From assembly GCA_964370015.1 (NCBI GenBank), contig CAYJHD010000001.1, forward strand, positions 16,884 through 80,883: a DNA stretch of 64,000 nt. Reading direction: 5' to 3'. Below are positions 1-8,782 of the stretch, in pieces; the stretch's first letter is position 1, and every line of letters begins with the position of its first letter. A model generated the notes under the pieces. The model did no database searches, was not told the origin of the DNA, and saw only the letters and a list, made by a program, of their open reading frames with translations. The stretch is from an uncultured Desulfovibrionaceae bacterium (GTDB taxonomy: Bacteria; Desulfobacterota; Desulfovibrionia; Desulfovibrionales; Desulfovibrionaceae). The translations under genes were made by a program, and so were the position numbers.

Positions 1-794
1 TTATCTTTCTTAAGACTCGAAGGCTGAAATCCAAAAATTTCATACCAATCGTTGCCACACTCAGAAGCCAAAAGTTCTTGAATAAATGTAGCGTAGGAAA
101 CAGCCTGTAACATAGGTTTTGCTGTAATCGTGAAATCCTTTTTCAGCTCCATAATGCAAATAGTAGTTCCTCCACCTCGCCCTACCCTTGCTAAAATATC
201 AATTCCTCCGCCTGACCCTGCTGAGTATTTTAAATTTTTAGGATCTGACGCAGTAAAAGGCGTAGGCATTTGAAAACGGCAAATACCTGCAATTTTAACC
301 GGTTGAACACCGCATAACGCATCATTCTTTGACTTAGCATCAGTTTTTTCAAGTTCATCGAGTAAAAAAGATTCAAGCATATGCTCTTTTACACGTGGAA
401 ATTTTTCACAACTTTGAAAATGTTTCCTAAAGACTTTGGCTTCTTCGCTTAACCATAAAACTTTACCACGAGGAAAATCCTTTAGTGAGAAATATTTTTC
501 ATTTCCTTCGCTTTTAGTTACTTGCAAATAAATAGCATCATTTCCATAAACAATGTCTGCCACGTCTTGCCCACGAAATCTTAAATTAAAAGAATTCGCC
601 TTACCCTGCGCTTTCCCAACATTCATATACAAGTGCAAAGGAGCCCATTGATGAAAATTACTCTTTATTTTTTGCATTAGCCCAATATTTTCCTTAATTT
701 TTTGGGCATAATTAGCATACCGACCTTTCCATTCATCATTTTGCTGTAACCAGTTGCTTGCTACTTGCCATTGCTTGAAAAAATCAGAATTCAT
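1..794 (-). CDS. RecB/Cas4-like PD-(D/E)xK nuclease-domain protein, N-terminal 264 codons only (gene runs off the left edge)
   Basis: Absent from the ORF track. My own minus-strand translation from ATG 794-792 (GGAG at 804-801, directly after the upstream stop) stays open to base 1: MNSDFFKQWQ...HMLESFLLDELEK...GGIDILARVGRGGGTTICIMELKKDFTITAKPMLQAVSYATF. The order E / hhD / ExK / QxxxY matches RecB-family nuclease motifs. Confidence 0.6.
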   Translation of the reverse strand, partial: MNSDFFKQWQVASNWLQQNDEWKGRYANYAQKIKENIGLMQKIKSNFHQWAPLHLYMNVGKAQGKANSFNLRFRGQDVADIVYGNDAIYLQVTKSEGNEKYFSLKDFPRGKVLWLSEEAKVFRKHFQSCEKFPRVKEHMLESFLLDELEKTDAKSKNDALCGVQPVKIAGICRFQMPTPFTASDPKNLKYSAGSGGGIDILARVGRGGGTTICIMELKKDFTITAKPMLQAVSYATFIQELLASECGNDWYEIFGFQPSSLKKD

Positions 795-805
795 AATTCA
801 CTCCT

Positions 806-2065
806 TTATATTTCCATCCATTGACCATTAGCCACAGAAAACACAGTATCAAAGGTTGCCATATGCTCAGGCCAAGCTTCGCCATGCACCGGCACAAGCT
901 TAGCCCCTGTAAAGGCCGTAGCAATTTTTTGTAATATTTTCAAGGGGGCATGCCCACTCGTATGCATATGCTTAAAGCTACAAGGCGCTAAAAACTCTCT
1001 CTGAACTTTAGTACAATCCTGCTGCAGATATCCTCCCCACAAGGAAAAAATCCAGCTATCTTTTGACGTAGGAATAACGTTTTTTGCCGCAAAATCCCTA
1101 GCTAGAGAATCACGCACCACAATGACGCTTTTTTGCGCCTTAGCACTTTCCAAAGCCTCAGCGCCCAGAGCCACACGGTATTTTTTCAAATCTTCAATAT
1201 GCGGATCTTGCCCCATCCTTTTCAAATGGCGGAGCATACTTTTTGTGATAACCACGCGTAGATGCCCACCTTCCCAATGCGGCTGAGGAATACGCTCATG
1301 ATGCTGTAAAGTTCGTAAGGTGAGCATGGTGTATAAATCCACCACCAGCGTTCGCCCGCTTCGTTTACAAGCGCGGTATAAAGTCACCAATCTATCAATA
1401 TTACTAGAAGATGTGCTTATGAAAATGCGCCCTTGGCTTTCCGTAAATGCCTTCGCAAACTCATGCTCAAGCTCACTTTCCGTGGGAGTTGGCTTAGCGT
1501 GTACGCCTTGCTTTGGTAAATTAGTACCTTCCAGTAAAAGCACATCAGCCTTGGGAGGATGCGCCAAAAGATTTTCTGTTAAAAATGCCTTACGTCCATG
1601 CGCTCGAATATCTCCGGAATAAAAAAGGCTTTTTCCCTCCACCTCTATATGCAAAGCATAAGCATCAAAAGCCGAATGGTCCACCAGATACGGAGTAATG
1701 GTGAAAGGGCCTAAAGAAAAAGGGCGATTGTGTGAAAAATGCTTACATGGATGCTCTAAATGCTCTCCACCAGAAAGCAGAGAAAGACGCAGTAAGGCCT
1801 CCGTATCCTTACCACAATACACAGGCCACGTCTGCGGCAATTGTGATATCAAGCCACAATGATCCATATGCGCATGAGAAATAAACACCCCTGCCACAGG
1901 ACTATGCCTATCTAAAGATTCCGGCACTGGAGTGAGCACGCCGGAAGGAACATCCAAGGGACGTCCGGCATCCAGCAATATACGCTCCCCCGTGGAAGCC
2001 TTTACCTCTATGCACGAACCGCCAATGGTGTCCGCCCCCCTATGAATACATACTGAAACAGCCAT
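806..2065 (-). CDS. MBL-fold metallo-hydrolase of the beta-CASP nuclease type
   Basis: ORF track 806..2083; ATG 2065 preferred (AAGAGGAA 4 nt upstream). HxHxDH motif in ISHAHMDHCG, then VDHS, YSGD, LLLEGTN, and HTSGHA plus VPVHGE near the C-terminus. This is the layout of RNase J / CPSF73 / Artemis-type enzymes. Confidence 0.8.
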   Translation of the reverse strand: MAVSVCIHRGADTIGGSCIEVKASTGERILLDAGRPLDVPSGVLTPVPESLDRHSPVAGVFISHAHMDHCGLISQLPQTWPVYCGKDTEALLRLSLLSGGEHLEHPCKHFSHNRPFSLGPFTITPYLVDHSAFDAYALHIEVEGKSLFYSGDIRAHGRKAFLTENLLAHPPKADVLLLEGTNLPKQGVHAKPTPTESELEHEFAKAFTESQGRIFISTSSSNIDRLVTLYRACKRSGRTLVVDLYTMLTLRTLQHHERIPQPHWEGGHLRVVITKSMLRHLKRMGQDPHIEDLKKYRVALGAEALESAKAQKSVIVVRDSLARDFAAKNVIPTSKDSWIFSLWGGYLQQDCTKVQREFLAPCSFKHMHTSGHAPLKILQKIATAFTGAKLVPVHGEAWPEHMATFDTVFSVANGQWMEI

Positions 2066-2117
2066 ACATTCCTCTTTATACATGGTTAAAGAACACTTTT
2101 ACCTAAAGAAACATAGC

Positions 2118-2140
2118 ATCGTTTCAAAGTACGGAATGAT
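2118..2140. promoter_or_regulatory. Operator-like imperfect palindrome ATCGTTTC-N7-GGAATGAT, second copy of the WYL-gene operator
   Basis: 2117-2142 matches 8759-8784 at 22 of 26 positions in the same orientation. It lies 53-75 nt upstream of the beta-CASP ATG, in the divergent intergenic region. Confidence 0.45.
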
Positions 2141-2245
2141 AGCTAAAAAATTTATCTCCCTCCTCCTTAAAAATTGCTAAAAATCCTCTCCGTTCCGGCT
2201 TCTGGAATGACACCGTTATACAATTTTAAAAAAAGGAGTCATCCC

Positions 2246-2653
2246 ATGAAAATTTCCATGAAAAAAGCAATGTTGACAGCCCTGCTCTGCTTTATAAATA
2301 CACAAGCTCTAGCCCAAAGCCCCATGCAAGTACAAAAGACAAGTATGGCAGAAGTTAAAATTACCTCTTTACAAAATAACCTTGAAATCTATGCCATAAG
2401 TGTCAATAGGAATAATTGTATGCCCATACTTTCTTTGGATAGAGGGCAAGTTTTGAACTATGGAGATAGCTTCAACGCCATTGCCGTGGGAGAAAAAACC
2501 ACTAAAACCTATTTTTCCAATGAAGTAAGCAACGAAGCCCTGCACCAAATGAACCTCTTCATTAACATGGGTGTGAAGCAATATTGCACCGTCCTTGAAA
2601 TGACCATAGACAGCAGTGCTGGGCAATGGACTTTTTCTTGGGAAAACAAGTAA
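2246..2653 (+). CDS. Small secreted hypothetical protein
   Basis: ORF track 2174..2653; ATG 2246 preferred (AGGAG 2234-2238, 7 nt upstream). MKISMKKAMLTALLCFINTQALAQ looks like a Sec signal peptide. No recognisable domain. Confidence 0.55.
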   Translation: MKISMKKAMLTALLCFINTQALAQSPMQVQKTSMAEVKITSLQNNLEIYAISVNRNNCMPILSLDRGQVLNYGDSFNAIAVGEKTTKTYFSNEVSNEALHQMNLFINMGVKQYCTVLEMTIDSSAGQWTFSWENK

Positions 2654-2658
2654 AAAGC

Positions 2659-3873
2659 ATGAATAAAAATACACAACTGCTTTTCAAAGCCATACGTCAG
2701 GGGCGTCTTGAAAAAGTAAAAATTTTACTTATGAAAGACACAAATATAGAAGCGAGGCTTCCTAATGGATATACACCACTTCTTCATGCAATACGCTTTA
2801 AACAAGAAGAAATTGTTACTTTTTTACTTGGGAGCGATGCTTATATAGAAGCCAGAGAAAATCGTGAATATACCGCCCTGCTCTTGGCTGTAGAAAAAAA
2901 CATGCTCTCCATGGTGCAGTTGTTACTTGAACATGGCGCAGACGCTAATGCACGTAAATATTGTTATGACGGACACGATGAATGTGACCCAAGGCATTGG
3001 TCAGACTCTGCCCTCATCATAGCTGCAAAAAAGAATAATTACCCTATTGTTAAGCTTCTTTTGGAGCATGGGGCAGATGTGAATTTATGTGAAGAATGTG
3101 AGGCGGGAGCTGCTTTGCATTATACCAGTGATCCCCAGATAGTGCGTTTACTTATTGCTTATGGTGCTGATCTTGAAGCAGTGGCTGGCTGGCTTGGAAC
3201 GCCCTTAATGAGTGCTGCCTGTTGCCATAATTATGAAAAAGCAAAAATTCTTCTTGAGCACGGCGTAGATATCTATGCTGTGAATGGTGGAGAAGGAACT
3301 GCTGCTCATGTGGCAGCTAACAGTGGTTGCTTCTCTGTTCTTAAATTACTTTTGGATGCCCAGTATGACCCGCACTATGAAGTCTCACGTACCTTGAGCT
3401 TGCTATGGCATGGAAGTCTTGGCATTTCAGACAAGGACATTCATAAATTATTTAAATTACTATTAACATATGAATACAATGTAAATAAAAAATACAGAGG
3501 AACCCAGGATTTTATGAAGCTTTTGCATTGGCTTCCTCTAACGGTAGCAAAAGAAATTATTGCTTTAGGAGCTGATATTTATGCTGTAGACGATTATGGA
3601 AAAACAGCTTTTGGATATATAGCAAATCATAGCAGAGTAAAGAATGTAAAATATCTTTTTTCTTTAGGAATTAAGATGTCCAAAGCCGACGAAAAAAGCC
3701 TCTTTTTTTGCGTTGAACATGATCAGCTAGAGTTGCTACAAGTTTTTATAGAAAATGGTGCAAATATTCATGCTCTTAACGCGGAAGGTTGTAGCCTGGT
3801 GCAATACGCAAAAAAACTTGAACATGAAGAAATATATACTTATTTAGAAGAGCTTAAAATCTTAAAAGGTTAA
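2659..3873 (+). CDS. Ankyrin-repeat protein
   Basis: ORF track 2626..3873; ATG 2659 is the first Met after the upstream stop. Multiple ankyrin-type repeats, e.g. GYTPLLHAIRFKQEEIVTFLLGSDAYIEA, YTALLLAVEKNMLSMVQLLLEHGADANA, SALIIAAKKNNYPIVKLLLEHGADVN, GTPLMSAACCHNYEKAKILLEHGVDIYA. Confidence 0.85.
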   Translation: MNKNTQLLFKAIRQGRLEKVKILLMKDTNIEARLPNGYTPLLHAIRFKQEEIVTFLLGSDAYIEARENREYTALLLAVEKNMLSMVQLLLEHGADANARKYCYDGHDECDPRHWSDSALIIAAKKNNYPIVKLLLEHGADVNLCEECEAGAALHYTSDPQIVRLLIAYGADLEAVAGWLGTPLMSAACCHNYEKAKILLEHGVDIYAVNGGEGTAAHVAANSGCFSVLKLLLDAQYDPHYEVSRTLSLLWHGSLGISDKDIHKLFKLLLTYEYNVNKKYRGTQDFMKLLHWLPLTVAKEIIALGADIYAVDDYGKTAFGYIANHSRVKNVKYLFSLGIKMSKADEKSLFFCVEHDQLELLQVFIENGANIHALNAEGCSLVQYAKKLEHEEIYTYLEELKILKG

Positions 3874-3878
3874 ACAAA

Positions 3879-4133
3879 ATGAAGAAAATAGATTTTACTA
3901 CCGGAAGAAAAATTTCTTCACCTGATGTAAATATGACTTCCGCTGAGCAAACGCCAAGTGCTGAAGAATTTATCTTTGATGAAACTGACTTTGATTTGCC
4001 TGCCTTTCTTTCTCAACATACCTATGGCAATGAACAACCATTTCCACCTATTCAAAAATATCGTGGCCAAGTCTACGAAAAAAAGGCTTTTGCGGAAATG
4101 ATGCAGAAATATTTTAATAGGAATAAGGGGTGA
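3879..4133 (+). CDS. Hypothetical 84-aa protein
   Basis: ORF 5 nt after the ankyrin stop, same strand. No motif recognised and the RBS is weak. Confidence 0.35.
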   Translation: MKKIDFTTGRKISSPDVNMTSAEQTPSAEEFIFDETDFDLPAFLSQHTYGNEQPFPPIQKYRGQVYEKKAFAEMMQKYFNRNKG

Positions 4134-4229
4134 GTGAAATGAGTGCCCTTGTGTAGTTTCACATCATCCCATGAACAATTATATTGCTTTATTAATTGTT
4201 ACAAATAAGTCATCTAATTTTTAAGTCTC

Positions 4230-4266
4230 ATTTAATAACGTTTTATTTAATAATGTTTTATTTAAA
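4230..4266. repeat. 2.5 tandem copies of a 15-nt unit ATTTAATAAYGTTTT
   Basis: atttaataacgtttt / atttaataatgtttt / atttaaa read directly, in the convergent gap between 4133 and 4299. Confidence 0.6.
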
Positions 4267-4298
4267 CTGGGTGACATCACATGCACATAAGGCGTGGT

Positions 4299-6020
4299 TT
4301 ATTGGCGATGACTGCTTGCTAAAAGTTGGTGCATAGCTTCCCCATGCTGTTTAGCAAGGTTTTCATTCCAGACATTATTATTCTCTTCAGAAAGTTTAAA
4401 CATAAGTAATAATTTAATACTTTCGAGACTTTGCTCGTTTTTCAGTCTATCTTGTAGGCGTCCAAATTTTGTATTTATGGCATCATTACCTTGTGCAGAA
4501 TTGAAGCTAGCTGAAATCATAGCTAAGTTACCAAAGAAATGAACTTGGTCTCCAAATGAACCAGAAGATTGTGGATGCAAATGCTCAATGGAACGATTTT
4601 CCTTGAAAGAGTAATTTTTAATAGCTTTAAACTCATCTTTGTTAAATTTGAATTCATGCCTAGCAATATTTACCTTAATTGGCTCTTTTCCACTGCTCCA
4701 TTTTTTATCAACACATATTTCCCACAAAAGATAATCAAGCTTCCAAAACCAGTACCTTTCAATTTTTCCATAGCACATATCAACAAGTATTGGGAGGGGG
4801 CGATTATCAATTTCTTTAAGATGTTCGAGAGTTAAATCTCCTCCTTCTGACTTTTCATAAGCCTTCAGCACCCATTCTTGGCTTGCAAAAGAACTCACAC
4901 CAAGCATACTTTGATACTGTAATAATTTTCTTTTATTTATGTCTTCGTATTCTGATTCTTCACTATTGTCTTGTGATTTAAGATTAAAACCATTTTCTGT
5001 AATATAAATAATATTGCCATCTAACCATTTTCTGTACTTTTTCATTTTACTAATGAAATATTCTCCAAAAAAACACCTATTATCTATATTTTTTTTAAAA
5101 ATTTCTATAAGTTTATATTGATCCAAAGAAACCTTATCTCCTTTAAACAAAAAATCTGTATAAATTCTAAGAGCATGCAGGATAAAAGTAGACTCAGAAA
5201 CAATAGCTCGAGTTGTACTTTTTGGGCTTTTTTCAGTTGGCTCACTATACATGATATTTTCATCATCGCATTTTAATATATCTATAAAACTTTTTTTATC
5301 AGTGCATTGATTATTATTTTCAGAAATATTATCTTGAGAATATTTTTTTGAAAAATCTATAATCTTATTAAATTTAACTGCATGTTCTTGAAAATATTTC
5401 CCTTTTATAATGTCTTGAGGTTCTAACTGTCTTCCCGTAGCATTGATACGCTCAAAATGTCTATTTAGCTCATGAGGAGTATAGTTAGGATCAAGCTCTG
5501 AGCACAAAAATGTTGCTTGTGCTCGTACAAATGCAAAAAATTCACTTTTTTTGTTAATATTTTCAATAAAAGAATTAAAAGCATTAACAAACTTCCTAGT
5601 TTTCATATTTTTAATTTCATCAAATTTATTTTCAACAATATATTCTATATCTGTTGTGTCATGCTCTCTGCCTACATATTCCATTCGCAGTTCTTTATCA
5701 TTATTAAACAGAAAATCATCAAATTTTGGAGTTTCACCTTCCGCCAAGGCAGCAAAAAGAGTTAAAAATGTCAAACGTTGTTGCCCATCAACAATTTCCC
5801 AAACTTTCGCGTCTTCGCGCTTAACAATTGTTATTATACCTATATAGTAGGGGGTATCTTTCGCTTTTACCGACGCTTTATACAAATCGTCTAACAATTG
5901 ATTTATCTGCTTTTCATCCCATACAAAAAGACGTTGATAAATAGGAATACGATATCGTATACTCTTATTAATATCTTCAGACAATGACGCTATTGTATAT
6001 GAATTATTATTTTGGATCAT
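4299..6020 (-). CDS. DUF262 + DUF1524 (His-Me/HNH-like) protein, GmrSD/BrxU-like type IV restriction enzyme candidate
   Basis: N-terminal IPIYQRLFVWDEKQINQLLDDL and VDGQQRLTFLT (DUF262/ParB-like NTPase). C-terminal SIEHLHPQS ... GNLAMISASFNSAQGN (DUF1524-type nuclease). Very AT-rich coding sequence. Confidence 0.85.
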   Translation of the reverse strand: MIQNNNSYTIASLSEDINKSIRYRIPIYQRLFVWDEKQINQLLDDLYKASVKAKDTPYYIGIITIVKREDAKVWEIVDGQQRLTFLTLFAALAEGETPKFDDFLFNNDKELRMEYVGREHDTTDIEYIVENKFDEIKNMKTRKFVNAFNSFIENINKKSEFFAFVRAQATFLCSELDPNYTPHELNRHFERINATGRQLEPQDIIKGKYFQEHAVKFNKIIDFSKKYSQDNISENNNQCTDKKSFIDILKCDDENIMYSEPTEKSPKSTTRAIVSESTFILHALRIYTDFLFKGDKVSLDQYKLIEIFKKNIDNRCFFGEYFISKMKKYRKWLDGNIIYITENGFNLKSQDNSEESEYEDINKRKLLQYQSMLGVSSFASQEWVLKAYEKSEGGDLTLEHLKEIDNRPLPILVDMCYGKIERYWFWKLDYLLWEICVDKKWSSGKEPIKVNIARHEFKFNKDEFKAIKNYSFKENRSIEHLHPQSSGSFGDQVHFFGNLAMISASFNSAQGNDAINTKFGRLQDRLKNEQSLESIKLLLMFKLSEENNNVWNENLAKQHGEAMHQLLASSHRQ

Positions 6021-7335
6021 TTTTTGGCTCCAAATTTAATATTTTAGCATAATTTTCCACTGGTAAAATATGCTTATTAGGCAAGCATGTAAATAATTCG
6101 TGTAAACTCCTCAAGTAATTTTCTCGCACCCCCTCTGTATTTTCAGAAATATAACGATATTCCAATTTCAAACAGTGTACAAAGAGTACGCTTGGATTTG
6201 TAGAGGTATCAATAATTTGAACAAGATCTTGGAAAACATTTTGAGTATGAATAAAATCCTTCCGAACATAATTTTCATTACGTAATTCTGAAATTCTGTA
6301 AGCAATACAAAATAAAGCCTCAGAAAGATAATACTCACCAAATTTTAAATAAAATAAAAATGTAATAGCTTTAATAGCATTACAAAGAACACCATTACTA
6401 TGATTACGTAACTTTTTTTCTAGTTCTTTAATATCTTCAAAGTTTTCAAAAATATCTAATCTTAGCCTATGCTCATCAACAAATTCAAAAAAATCTATTC
6501 CACCATTAAAAATGGAATTATATTGCGTAAGAGTTGGTGCTACAGATATATTATCCATAATGCTATATTTTACAGAATAATGTTCAAATAGAAGGCGTCT
6601 TCCGTACTTATCTGGCTCAACATATGGCTTATCTTTGTAACTCCAATTACGCAATCTATACAGCATATAGTTAAGCAATTCTTCCTGTCTGTTTTCATCC
6701 ATTAAATTCCACTTACTCGCTATAAGACCAGATAAGTGATCAGGAACATAGCGTAAATGATGCGTTTTTAATAAATCATAGTCAGAAAGCTGCTTACCTG
6801 TTGCATTTGTAGCATTAAAAAATCTATACGCGAGATCTTCTGGCTCATCATTCGGAATAGTCACAAGGCAAACTTTAATTTCATCTAAAAAAAACTGTAA
6901 AACTTTGTCTTTTCCAAGAAACCACATTTCAATTGTTTTTAAAGCTCTAATAATATATCCTATATGCTCTTTTGATATATTTTCAGTTTCTGATATATCA
7001 CTTTGTAACAATGGTACACATTCATCCCCTTTCTCATTGCTAATGTAGATTAAAATTGAAAGAGTTATTAGTCTTTGTTGCCCATCAATAATGGAAAGTT
7101 CATCTTTTTCTCCCTGTTTTACAATAATAGTCCCCAGATGAAATGATGCGTTACTAGCATTTTTATGATTATAAATATCATCTAGCAAAGCAACAATATT
7201 TTCACTACGCCAACAATATCCTCGTTGATAGGCAGGAATACTAAGAGTTTTGAGAAGTAGCTTTTTTAATAATATGGTATCACAGGAAACTTGACTAGGA
7301 TTTGAGTTATTAGATAAAGAAATTTGATTTGACAT
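6007..7335 (-). CDS. DUF262 domain protein without recognisable nuclease domain
   Basis: ORF track 6007..7353; ATG 7335 preferred (GGAG 5 nt upstream). IPAYQRGYCWRSENIVALLDDI and IDGQQRLITLS. No HNH/DUF1524 motif seen downstream. 14-nt overlap with the next gene. Confidence 0.8.
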   Translation of the reverse strand: MSNQISLSNNSNPSQVSCDTILLKKLLLKTLSIPAYQRGYCWRSENIVALLDDIYNHKNASNASFHLGTIIVKQGEKDELSIIDGQQRLITLSILIYISNEKGDECVPLLQSDISETENISKEHIGYIIRALKTIEMWFLGKDKVLQFFLDEIKVCLVTIPNDEPEDLAYRFFNATNATGKQLSDYDLLKTHHLRYVPDHLSGLIASKWNLMDENRQEELLNYMLYRLRNWSYKDKPYVEPDKYGRRLLFEHYSVKYSIMDNISVAPTLTQYNSIFNGGIDFFEFVDEHRLRLDIFENFEDIKELEKKLRNHSNGVLCNAIKAITFLFYLKFGEYYLSEALFCIAYRISELRNENYVRKDFIHTQNVFQDLVQIIDTSTNPSVLFVHCLKLEYRYISENTEGVRENYLRSLHELFTCLPNKHILPVENYAKILNLEPKNDPK

Positions 7336-7367
7336 AGCCACTCCTAAAATCATAACAATAGAATGTA

Positions 7368-7661
7368 TTATCGTGGAAATTTTGGCCTATACAAAACGTC
7401 CGGTACTGTCAGCACCAAGCACATATTCACACCATCTCCATCCCAAGTAAGCCGCTCTCTGTGGCGTGCTTCCTCAAGTTCACGTTCCCTATGTGCTTTA
7501 CGCACGGCATCACTCAAGGACTCTACTCTAAGAGGATTTCTATAGGGGCAGGTCATAAAAGCTTCGTTTGAAACATATGCCCTTTGTTGTTTACGAAAAG
7601 CCTTATGTCCATTATTACCAGCGAGAAAAATCCCCATAAGGTTGCGCAATATTTTTAGCAC
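7368..7661 (-). CDS. Hypothetical 97-aa protein between the WYL regulator and the DUF262 genes
   Basis: GTG start at 7661 with a G-run immediately upstream. It lies 16 nt after the WYL gene stop. Arg/Glu-rich core RKAHRERELEEARHRER; no family recognised. Coding status unproven. Confidence 0.35.
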   Translation of the reverse strand: MLKILRNLMGIFLAGNNGHKAFRKQQRAYVSNEAFMTCPYRNPLRVESLSDAVRKAHRERELEEARHRERLTWDGDGVNMCLVLTVPDVLYRPKFPR

Positions 7662-7677
7662 AGTCCCCCCTTTTTCT

Positions 7678-8688
7678 TTAGTAGCTCTGTGCTAGCATAG
7701 TGACTTGTTTTTTCAGCTCATCCCGCAGCCAATGCGGTTCCAGCACCTTAGCTTTAGCCCCAAAGCTGAACACCCAAGACACAATTTCCGGTGGGCTTTG
7801 AGCGTCAAAATCTAACATCAACGAGCCATCATCTTGCACGGTCATACTTTGTCTATTGCTCCACACCCTATCGTAAATGTAGGCTGCCGTTTCTGCCGCA
7901 AAGAGGATGCGTACTCTAAAAGAATCCCCCTGCATAATGCCAAAGGGGCCTACCTTTGTACTCTCTTGAGCATAAGGCGGTTCTGAAATATGACTAGCAT
8001 CAAGCTCCGTCATCTGTACCTCTTGGCAACGTTGTAAATACAACGATAGTGCATTATCATATTTAGGTTGTGCAGGATGAGCCTCATCCACTTCCCAGCC
8101 ATGAAAAGAAAGACTCTCTCTAAAAGAAATAAGTCTCTTGGGCGCAAAGGCAAATGTTCTGGCAGGCTTGGAAGGGCTACGCTTATAGGTCACCATACAT
8201 ACTTTTTGCTTTTGCGTTGCTTGCAATAAGATGCTGTACTGCTTTTCATAAGACGCATAATCAATATAGCCCTTATGGAAGTTTTTGGCCGCTGCAGCAA
8301 AAGGAGAGAGCAAAGGAGACTCCGGTTTTTCTGCAGTTTGCGATGGGGCATCTCCTAAAAAAGCATTCATCCCTTTAGGCAGCATCTGCAAAAACAGATT
8401 CCGACAAAGATTGAGCTGCATAAGCTCCTTAACCCCAAGATTCAAATCGAGCATGGGCATGGGAGCAAAACGATGATAATGTTCCTTCCCCTTAACTAAA
8501 GGCGTATCCAGCTTGCCATATCCCGAAGCCTCTAATTGCAGTAAAAGACGTGATACTGTCTGCTTAGAGCATTCCAAAATGCGCGCTAGCTCCGTTAAAG
8601 ATGTATAGCTTTCCCCTTGCACCATGAAAAATGTGTACAGGGCTAAAAGCTTTTCACCGGGGCTTTTTTCAGATTTCTTCACTGGCAT
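7678..8688 (-). CDS. HTH-WYL-WCX transcriptional regulator (BrxR/CapW-like architecture)
   Basis: N-terminal wHTH SLTELARILECSKQTVSRLLLQLEASG. Central WYL-type segment VCMVTYKRSPSKPARTFAFAPKRLISFRESLSFHGW. C-terminal FRVRILFAAETAAYIYDRVW...GSLMLDF...WVFSFGAKAKVLEPHWLRDEL. RBS AGGAAGGA upstream of ATG 8688. Confidence 0.8.
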   Translation of the reverse strand: MPVKKSEKSPGEKLLALYTFFMVQGESYTSLTELARILECSKQTVSRLLLQLEASGYGKLDTPLVKGKEHYHRFAPMPMLDLNLGVKELMQLNLCRNLFLQMLPKGMNAFLGDAPSQTAEKPESPLLSPFAAAAKNFHKGYIDYASYEKQYSILLQATQKQKVCMVTYKRSPSKPARTFAFAPKRLISFRESLSFHGWEVDEAHPAQPKYDNALSLYLQRCQEVQMTELDASHISEPPYAQESTKVGPFGIMQGDSFRVRILFAAETAAYIYDRVWSNRQSMTVQDDGSLMLDFDAQSPPEIVSWVFSFGAKAKVLEPHWLRDELKKQVTMLAQSY

Positions 8689-8759
8689 ATTTTTTCCTTC
8701 CTATTGCATTACTAGGTAAAACCTTCTAATTTTTCGGCAGGGGTAAAATATATATAAAC

Positions 8760-8782
8760 ATCGTTCCAAAATACGGAACGAT
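8760..8782. promoter_or_regulatory. Perfect palindrome ATCGTTCC-N7-GGAACGAT, putative WYL-regulator operator
   Basis: Read directly. It lies 72-94 nt upstream of the WYL gene ATG and overlaps AT-rich promoter-like sequence (TATATATA). It is duplicated at 2117-2142. Confidence 0.5.

Noticed and set aside
7363-7545. A 60-aa plus-strand ORF opposite the 97-aa ORF.
   Set aside because: It is antisense to an ORF that fits the operon spacing. It has no RBS and a Ser/Arg-rich translation.
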